Shown piece by piece: positions 57,736-64,000 of a stretch of DNA of 64,000 bases. This stretch comes from an uncultured Chloroflexia bacterium (GTDB lineage Bacteria > Chloroflexota > Dehalococcoidia > Dehalococcoidales > RBG-16-60-22). The stretch covers positions 18,389 to 82,388 of the forward strand of contig CAVXAM010000006.1 of the NCBI GenBank assembly GCA_963759785.1, given 5' to 3'. Under the pieces are notes generated by a model. That model was given only the letters and a program-made list of their open reading frames with translations. It searched no databases and was not told where the DNA came from. Every line of letters begins with the position of its first letter. Positions within the stretch are counted from its first letter, which is position 1. Position numbers and translations under genes: made by a program.

Positions 57736-58452
57736 ATGGCAAGCCTTCAAAAGACTCCTTTACACGGCATCTTTACCGCCGTTCCCCCCCATTACGACCT
57801 GGTTAACCGCATTATTACGCTGGGGATGGATAAAAGATGGCGCCGGCTGGCAGCTCAAGCCTGTCTGGATTCAAACCCCCGGAAAGTTTTAGACATCGGC
57901 TGCGGTACCGGCGACCTCACGATTAATATCGCCCAACTAGCACCTAAGGATACGGAAATTATCGGGCTGGACTATAGTGCCCCGATGTTACAAATAGCAC
58001 GGCAAAAATCCGTTAAAGCCGGGATTAGTCAAAGAGTTCGTTTTATTGAAGGCGAAGCATCAAAACTCCCCTTCCCTGATGCCTGTTTCGATTGTACGGC
58101 AATATCCTTCGCCTTCCGTAATCTGACCTATAAAAATCCGGTATGCTTTCCACACCTCGCCGAGGTAGTAAGAGTCTTAAAACCCGGGGGACATTACGTT
58201 ATCGTTGAATCAAGCCAGCCGGAAAATAGCTTTATCCGGGCGTACTTTCACCTATATCTACGCGCTTTCGTGATGCCGATGGGGTTAATCCTTTCCGGTA
58301 ATAAAAGCGCTTACCGCTACCTCGCGGAGTCCACCCGGCATTATTTTAGTCCAAAGGGAGTTAGAGATTTGTTACTAAAGGCAGGCTTCCGTGACGTCCA
58401 CTATCGTCCCCTGTTTTTCGGCGCCGCCGGCATTCATGTGGCTGTTAAGTAG
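57736..58452 (+). CDS. menG: Demethylmenaquinone methyltransferase (MenG/UbiE)
   Basis: YDLVNRIITLG.D.RWR, LDIGCGTGD, FAFRN, RVLKPGG, AYRYL.ES. Confidence 0.88.
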   Translation: MASLQKTPLHGIFTAVPPHYDLVNRIITLGMDKRWRRLAAQACLDSNPRKVLDIGCGTGDLTINIAQLAPKDTEIIGLDYSAPMLQIARQKSVKAGISQRVRFIEGEASKLPFPDACFDCTAISFAFRNLTYKNPVCFPHLAEVVRVLKPGGHYVIVESSQPENSFIRAYFHLYLRAFVMPMGLILSGNKSAYRYLAESTRHYFSPKGVRDLLLKAGFRDVHYRPLFFGAAGIHVAVK

Positions 58453-59697
58453 CTAAATCTGGTGTTCGATACAATATTCGCGCAATGTATTCAGCGCGGC
58501 GAAAAACTCCCGCATCATAACACTCACGGGATACATGCCTTTTTCGGTTACCTGCAGAGATTCATTGCCAGTGGCCACCCCGCCTGCCTTTAAAAAAGCC
58601 AGTTCCAACCATAATTTCCGCCCTATTCCCCCACCAAAGCGCTGCTGAAAAGTCTCTATATCCAGTTTCATACCGAAGAGCTTGGTTAAAAGGTAGTAAC
58701 GTAAGTTTTCTCTTTCCGACAGCTGACGCCAACCTACGATAGGTAACTGATTAGAGTTAATCAACTCATGGTAATGTTCTAACGCGAAGGAGTTAACGTA
58801 GAAATTGCCCCCGACAATACTCACCGAACCCGACCCGATACCGATATAATCGTCCGACTCGATGATATATTCGTCAATCATGCGTTCGCCGCGGGAAAAA
58901 CACCAGGCTGTTGACGCTTTATAGCCGCCGCGATAAAGCTGCTTTAAAATAACATCGTAAAACTGTTTTTCACGGGAGTTATCCACCTTATTAAACCGCC
59001 GTTCGAGGGCATCCTTCTTATGCGGCGAAGCCATCAGCGGATAAAACGTCGCCTGGTCGATACCTAACTCCTTAAACGCTGTAATATCGTTGGTGAATTG
59101 TTCTATGGTTTGTCCCGGGAAATTGAATACGAAGTCCACGTTTAACGTGTCGAATTGTCTTTCGGCTGTTAGGAGTCGTTTTTTGACCTCTTCCGCCGGT
59201 CCATTAACCCTGCCCATCGTTTTAAGGACGCTTTCCTCAAAGCTCTGGACACCGACAGAAAGCCGGTTTACGCCGAACTCTTTAAGGAGTTTAATATTCC
59301 GCTGGGTTAATTCTCTCGGAGTGGTTTCCAATGAAATCTGTTTAACTTTAAATTGCTTTCGTAAATGTTTAATGAATGCGCCGAGTTCATCCATCAGCAC
59401 AGTGGGCGTGCCCCCGCCGAAATAAATATCGGAAAAGCTAAAGCCCCTCCCCCAATATATCTCTAGCTCCTGTTTCAAGTCTTTAAAATAGCGGCGGGCT
59501 GAATCTTCTTGAAAAAGGTAACGGTTAAAACAGCAAAATGGGCATAGCGAGCGGCAAAACGGAATATGCACATAAAGCGATATCTCATTACCCTCAATCA
59601 ACCGGTCCGCGTTGATTATAGAGGTATCGATAGGCTTAAGGCGGCGAAACTTGCGTCCCTCTCGCTGGGTGATAAAGCCGGCTATTTCTGCAATCAT
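58453..59697 (-). CDS. HemN-like class C radical SAM methyltransferase, probable MenK/MqnK
   Basis: YVHIPFCRSLCPFC, FGGGTPT, DQATFYPLM, YIGIGSGS; abuts menG. Confidence 0.72.
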   Translation of the reverse strand: MIAEIAGFITQREGRKFRRLKPIDTSIINADRLIEGNEISLYVHIPFCRSLCPFCCFNRYLFQEDSARRYFKDLKQELEIYWGRGFSFSDIYFGGGTPTVLMDELGAFIKHLRKQFKVKQISLETTPRELTQRNIKLLKEFGVNRLSVGVQSFEESVLKTMGRVNGPAEEVKKRLLTAERQFDTLNVDFVFNFPGQTIEQFTNDITAFKELGIDQATFYPLMASPHKKDALERRFNKVDNSREKQFYDVILKQLYRGGYKASTAWCFSRGERMIDEYIIESDDYIGIGSGSVSIVGGNFYVNSFALEHYHELINSNQLPIVGWRQLSERENLRYYLLTKLFGMKLDIETFQQRFGGGIGRKLWLELAFLKAGGVATGNESLQVTEKGMYPVSVMMREFFAALNTLREYCIEHQI

Positions 59698-59821
59698 ATC
59701 CAGGCACTTAATTATGGTATCTGTACCTAAAAAATGATACCACAGGCAGCCGACTTTAGCGAAATGCTTTAGATACGGGAGAGGGTATTGGTGGATATAA
59801 AACGGGAACTAATTTTATGAA

Positions 59822-60955
59822 CTAATAGACCGGTCGTTTGTTTTTCGTCAAACGCGTGCGGACAAAACCGGTATTAAAAGCTTTAATTGCCAGCGGACAG
59901 AATTGGTCGCCGGTATGCTTGAACAATTCTGCGAAGGCTTCCTGGGGAAGCATTGCCTTACGATAACTATGTTCGTTAGTCATATTATCAAAAGCATCCA
60001 CCACAGCTATCAGTCGGGCGCCGATGGGTATATCATTGCCATGCAGTCCGCGCGGATAGCCGCCGCCATCATATCTCTCATGATGATAGAGTATCAATAC
60101 GCTGGCTTCTTTTAAGAATGGGATGTCTCTTAATAGTTGATATCCGACGATAGTGTGCTTTTTCATCAACACCCATTCTTTATCAGTAAGTTTACCGGAT
60201 TTACCTAAAATCTCATCAGAGATGCTAAGCTTGCCGATATCATGTAAAAGAGCCGCATATTCGATACTTTGCTGCTGTTTCTTATTCAACCCTAATTCTC
60301 TCGCTCCCATCAGGGCGTATTCCACCAACCGCCGGGAATGTCCACCGCCGCCGCTACTCTCTTTGGCATCCGTTAACGACACCAGAGCTCTGACAGTATG
60401 TTTATAAGAAAGCATTAGCGATTTGTTCTTTTTATAGCCTTCGACAGCTATTGAAGCAGTGCTGGCTATGTCAGTAATGGTGTCTAAATCGTGCTTGGAG
60501 AAAAGAATCCCCTGAGATTTATTCAAAGCCTCGATAACACCGATTACTTCTCCCTGGCTAACTAGAGGAGCGGCAATCGCAGCTCTCGTTCTAAAACCGG
60601 TAGCATCGTCGATAAACCGGTAGTAAACCTTGTTTTTTTCGGCATTGTTAACCAGCATCGGTTTGCGATTTTGAATTACCCAGTTAGAAATCCCTGATTG
60701 CCGGCCGATATGTAACCGCTTCAGTTGTTTTGCTTGTGGACCTTCGGCAAATTGAAAATATAACTCTTGTTTATTATTATCACTCTGGATCATCAAGGTT
60801 GTAGCTAGAGGTTGTATCGAGTTTTGAGTAAGACTGATAATGCCAGCGATTATTCGGTCGATTTTATCTTCCGGCTTAACTGTACTCCATATTTTGTCAA
60901 GCAAGTCTATCTTGCTTGTGCCGCTTTTCTTATCTAGTTCCTTTACCGCCGGCAT
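59822..60955 (-). CDS. GAF + HD-GYP c-di-GMP phosphodiesterase
   Basis: TGFRTR..APL..VIGVIEALNK; LHDIGK, HHERYDGGGYP. Confidence 0.92.
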   Translation of the reverse strand: MPAVKELDKKSGTSKIDLLDKIWSTVKPEDKIDRIIAGIISLTQNSIQPLATTLMIQSDNNKQELYFQFAEGPQAKQLKRLHIGRQSGISNWVIQNRKPMLVNNAEKNKVYYRFIDDATGFRTRAAIAAPLVSQGEVIGVIEALNKSQGILFSKHDLDTITDIASTASIAVEGYKKNKSLMLSYKHTVRALVSLTDAKESSGGGGHSRRLVEYALMGARELGLNKKQQQSIEYAALLHDIGKLSISDEILGKSGKLTDKEWVLMKKHTIVGYQLLRDIPFLKEASVLILYHHERYDGGGYPRGLHGNDIPIGARLIAVVDAFDNMTNEHSYRKAMLPQEAFAELFKHTGDQFCPLAIKAFNTGFVRTRLTKNKRPVY

Positions 60956-61142
60956 TCTCTTACTCCCTATAACACCCCGCTCGAGTTATACTGATACTCT
61001 TCGCAATTATGGCAAGAAACTGATAAAGCCATAATAAAAATTGATATAGAAAATCTAAAGAAAACATAACAATTGAGGCTAAAAAGGGAATTGACTTAAG
61101 AATCGTTGAAAAAGACTAAAATAAAATTATAAAATATGAAGA

Positions 61143-61916
61143 CTAATTCTTAAGAAGCTTTTCTTTAGCTTTCGCTACTATCTTGGCTAATGTTTCGCCT
61201 GTTTTTTCCCGGATAACGATATCGGCACGGTGGTCATGGGGTGTTTCGGTAAGGTTGATAATGACCAGATAGGCGCTGTTTTGCTTCGCCAGCAGTGGCA
61301 TCTGCGCCGCCGGATAGACCACCAAAGATGACCCCGCCGCCAGGAACAGGTCGCAGTTAGAAGACCTTTCGACGGCTTCGTTCGTTTCGCGCACCGGCAT
61401 CGATTGACCATAAGCCACGGTAGCGGGCTTTAGGATGCCGTGACATTCACCGCAGCGCGGTACTTTTTCGCCAGCCAGCATCTTTTCATGAGCGTAGTCC
61501 CTAGGATAACGCTTTTTGCAGTCCAGACAGTCAACCCAATGCATCGTGCCATGGAGTTCCAGCATCTTTTCCTGCGGGGTGCCGGATTTCTGATGTAAGC
61601 CATCGGTATTTTGTGTGATAACACAGTCCAGTTTACCCATTTGGTGAAGTTCGGTAACGGCGTAATGCCCAGTATTAGGCTGGGCGTCTTTGACCGCCTC
61701 CCAGAACATGCGGTGTACCTGCCAGTATTTCTCCCTGATTTCTTCGCTGCGTAGAAAGTTAGGCAGATTTAACTCATCGGGGTCGAACTTGCTCCAAACC
61801 CCCTGCGGACCCCTGAAGTCTGGGATGCTGGATTCGGTGCTGAAACCCGCCCCCGTAAAGACAATCACTTTTTTCGCCTTAACAATCATCTCGGCAACGG
61901 TTTCAATATTGTCCAA
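61143..61916 (-). CDS. cobB: NAD-dependent deacylase (sirtuin)
   Basis: GAGFSTES.IPDFRG, TQNTDGLH, ELHG, two CxxC, GSSLVVYPAA. Confidence 0.92.
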   Translation of the reverse strand: MDNIETVAEMIVKAKKVIVFTGAGFSTESSIPDFRGPQGVWSKFDPDELNLPNFLRSEEIREKYWQVHRMFWEAVKDAQPNTGHYAVTELHQMGKLDCVITQNTDGLHQKSGTPQEKMLELHGTMHWVDCLDCKKRYPRDYAHEKMLAGEKVPRCGECHGILKPATVAYGQSMPVRETNEAVERSSNCDLFLAAGSSLVVYPAAQMPLLAKQNSAYLVIINLTETPHDHRADIVIREKTGETLAKIVAKAKEKLLKN

Positions 61917-61929
61917 GAATGCCTCACTA

Positions 61930-62934
61930 TTATTTTTCAGAATATCTTCCTCTATTAGGATCAGATAAATAAGTCAGGAAAATTTTTTTAGGAAATTTCA
62001 TGATTATTTCATTTAGTTGTTCCAATAAAGAATTATCTATATAACCATAAATGACGATATGTATATCAAAAGGGAATTTCAAATATGCTATTAGTTGCCC
62101 CATTAAACGATCTATATCAGATTGTGTGGGATTCAGTTTACCTTCAATAATAGACTGTTCAAAGAATACATCAGCTACTCTTTTATTCCCTAAATTATAG
62201 TGATATGTAGCATCATTAAATCCCATAGCCTTTAAACATGATGTTAGTGCACGATTAGCTTCATCCTCATCTTTAAACCATTTATGTGTTTTATCAATAG
62301 CTTTTAAAGCTTTCTCTAGCGCATCTTTGACAATAGTATTTTCTGAAGGTGGAGGCGATGGCAAACTTTTTATTTCAGGTTGTCTTTCCACTATGATATC
62401 AATTGGAAGAGGTGGCATTGGTTGTACTTTAGATTGTTTTTTTTGTAAATCACCATTAGATTTTTGGGTATTTATTAATTTACGAATTGGTTTATATATA
62501 ACTGGTGAAATAAAAACAATAAATAACAATATCCCTAACAATATAAACCAAACATTATGTTGGGGTATCATCTCATATATGCTAATGTTATATTTAGTTC
62601 TTTGTTGCCACGCTATATTTTCATCTATTGAAATATTATCTCTTTCTACTTTAACTTTCCTGATATCTATTTCAAGCTTACTCCAAGTGACATTATATGA
62701 TACTTGAGTAACATTATTTGATAAAATTACTCTATATGTTTGGTCTGGTTTAATAGTAGTAGTAGGAGATAATTTTACTTCTATATAATCACCATAATTT
62801 TGGGGGGGACTAACTAAAGCAACCGGATTATAAGCCACAGATACGGGCTCTAGAATATACATATAAGCACAGATACAAAAAAATAATCCTATTATAGCTA
62901 GACATACTAAAATGAACCGCATGCTTATTTTCAT
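61930..62934 (-). CDS. AT-rich membrane-anchored protein with C-terminal PD-(D/E)XK nuclease-like domain
   Basis: Two TM segments, Pro-rich linker, RVADV..IIEGK..DRLMGQLIAY. Confidence 0.55.
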   Translation of the reverse strand: MKISMRFILVCLAIIGLFFCICAYMYILEPVSVAYNPVALVSPPQNYGDYIEVKLSPTTTIKPDQTYRVILSNNVTQVSYNVTWSKLEIDIRKVKVERDNISIDENIAWQQRTKYNISIYEMIPQHNVWFILLGILLFIVFISPVIYKPIRKLINTQKSNGDLQKKQSKVQPMPPLPIDIIVERQPEIKSLPSPPPSENTIVKDALEKALKAIDKTHKWFKDEDEANRALTSCLKAMGFNDATYHYNLGNKRVADVFFEQSIIEGKLNPTQSDIDRLMGQLIAYLKFPFDIHIVIYGYIDNSLLEQLNEIIMKFPKKIFLTYLSDPNRGRYSEK

Positions 62935-63014
62935 CTAATATACTTTAGTCTATAAAAAGGAGAAAAGGAGAGTTTATTACCATTGTACACCAATGAACAA
63001 AAAAATCTAGCTCT

Positions 63015-63662
63015 TTATTTAGCCCGCACTACCGTTTTAGCTAAATCCCAGGCATATTCGTAAAGGTGCAATCCTTTACTCATCGCCAACAATTCGCCGT
63101 CCCCCACCCCGATTTCACTCGCCATATACTCTTTTAAGAGTTGTATCGCCGCCAGGTTCGATGGGAACCCCGCCCATAAGTCCCACGATCGGAAATAGAC
63201 GACGAAATTGAGTTTCCCTTCCCTCACCCGGGTATCTATCATCCTAAGGCAGGGCGGGTCGGGTAAATCGATAGAGTCTTCATTGCCCACCGCCATATAA
63301 GCCTGGTTGGTGTTAAAGCCATCCCGTTGATACATCTGGATGACTTTAGATATCTGCTTTTCGAGGAACTGCCCATAGGTATATTGCTCGCCTTCTTTTT
63401 TCTTTGAAGCCATCAGGTAAGGCAGATAACTTTCGACATACTCCATGGTGCTGGGCGGAGGAACTCCCTGCGGCACATCGGGGATTAGCGGTCTCGCGCC
63501 CGGATACGTAACCTGCACGACAACCATATCCAACTCTTTACGGCGCTGTCCGGCGTAGCTCCCGCGGTCGATTTTATATTCATAGCCTTCGTCGAGGGTT
63601 TTCGCCAGACAGAGGAACCACGCTTCGGCCAGGTCGCGGGCTTTAATGACCGATATATTCAA
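63015..63662 (-). CDS. thyA: Thymidylate synthase (short, archaeal-type)
   Basis: YTYG, PPCLR, YFRSWDLWAGFPSN, LHLY. Confidence 0.85.
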   Translation of the reverse strand: MNISVIKARDLAEAWFLCLAKTLDEGYEYKIDRGSYAGQRRKELDMVVVQVTYPGARPLIPDVPQGVPPPSTMEYVESYLPYLMASKKKEGEQYTYGQFLEKQISKVIQMYQRDGFNTNQAYMAVGNEDSIDLPDPPCLRMIDTRVREGKLNFVVYFRSWDLWAGFPSNLAAIQLLKEYMASEIGVGDGELLAMSKGLHLYEYAWDLAKTVVRAK

Positions 63663-63665
63663 TCT

Positions 63666-64000
63666 TTACTTTCTGCCTTTCACCAGAGTGAAAAACCTGT
63701 CCTGGTACTCCTCAAAGACGCCCCATTGATTCAGTTCCTGCTCCAGCTCATAAACCCTTATCTCACCGCGATAAGCCTGCTGGAACATTTCTTCGATGGT
63801 CTGCCTGACCCCGACCGGTATCCCGCTTTGACTCATCCCCAATAACCCCCTCGACTCCAGCTGGGCGATATTACTGGATACCGAACGGCTGGTTATCTCG
63901 TAGATAAACTTCAATAGCGATACATCCCAGAGGTCATCCTGCCCTTTGATGATGGTGGCTAGCGGGTCGTTCTTTTTATCGACTTCGTCGTTCAGCTTTT
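63666..64000 (-). CDS. Hypothetical protein, 5' end outside the window
   Basis: The frame stays open to the window edge (KLNDEVDKKNDPLATIIKGQDDLWDVSLLKFIY...). Confidence 0.65.
   Translation of the reverse strand, partial: KLNDEVDKKNDPLATIIKGQDDLWDVSLLKFIYEITSRSVSSNIAQLESRGLLGMSQSGIPVGVRQTIEEMFQQAYRGEIRVYELEQELNQWGVFEEYQDRFFTLVKGRK

Noticed and set aside
61143-61916. Sir2-type anti-phage NADase
   Set aside because: Has the Zn-binding CxxC pairs and size of a housekeeping CobB deacylase

Overview
A mostly core-genome 64-kb window of an anaerobic bacterium. Gene content and order suggest Dehalococcoidia (Chloroflexota); this is an inference from archaeal-type valS/apgM/thyA, porCDAB followed by nuoEFG-like genes, a liv/paaK/acyl-CoA ligase cluster, dapL, and ftsAZ without mur genes. 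It holds about 60 CDS and 7 tRNAs: Ser-GGA, Ser-CGA, Arg-CCG, Pro-TGG, Gly-TCC, CAT (probably Ile2) and Arg-TCT. I saw no rRNA, CRISPR array, transposase or prophage. Best leads: (1) a menA-menG pair converging on a HemN-like radical SAM enzyme with the MenK/MqnK motif QxTxYPLM, pointing to methylmenaquinone synthesis; (2) a candidate attenuator with a Phe/Tyr-rich leader peptide in front of the acyl-CoA ligase/ABC/phenylacetate-CoA ligase operon; (3) two genes (hflX and a PAS histidine kinase) that seem to need non-canonical ATC/CTG start codons; (4) three Xer/dif-like sites at about 37.8 kb, where gene orientation flips; (5) a stand-alone ftsA-ftsZ module with uncharacterised small genes and a divergent DUF5343-like gene; (6) a POR coupled to a truncated NuoEFG module; (7) a paaI 3'-end duplication flanking a mini-insert; (8) several unannotated small proteins and single AT-rich genes, including a membrane-anchored PD-(D/E)XK nuclease-like protein. 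All family calls are by eye from motifs; no searches were run.
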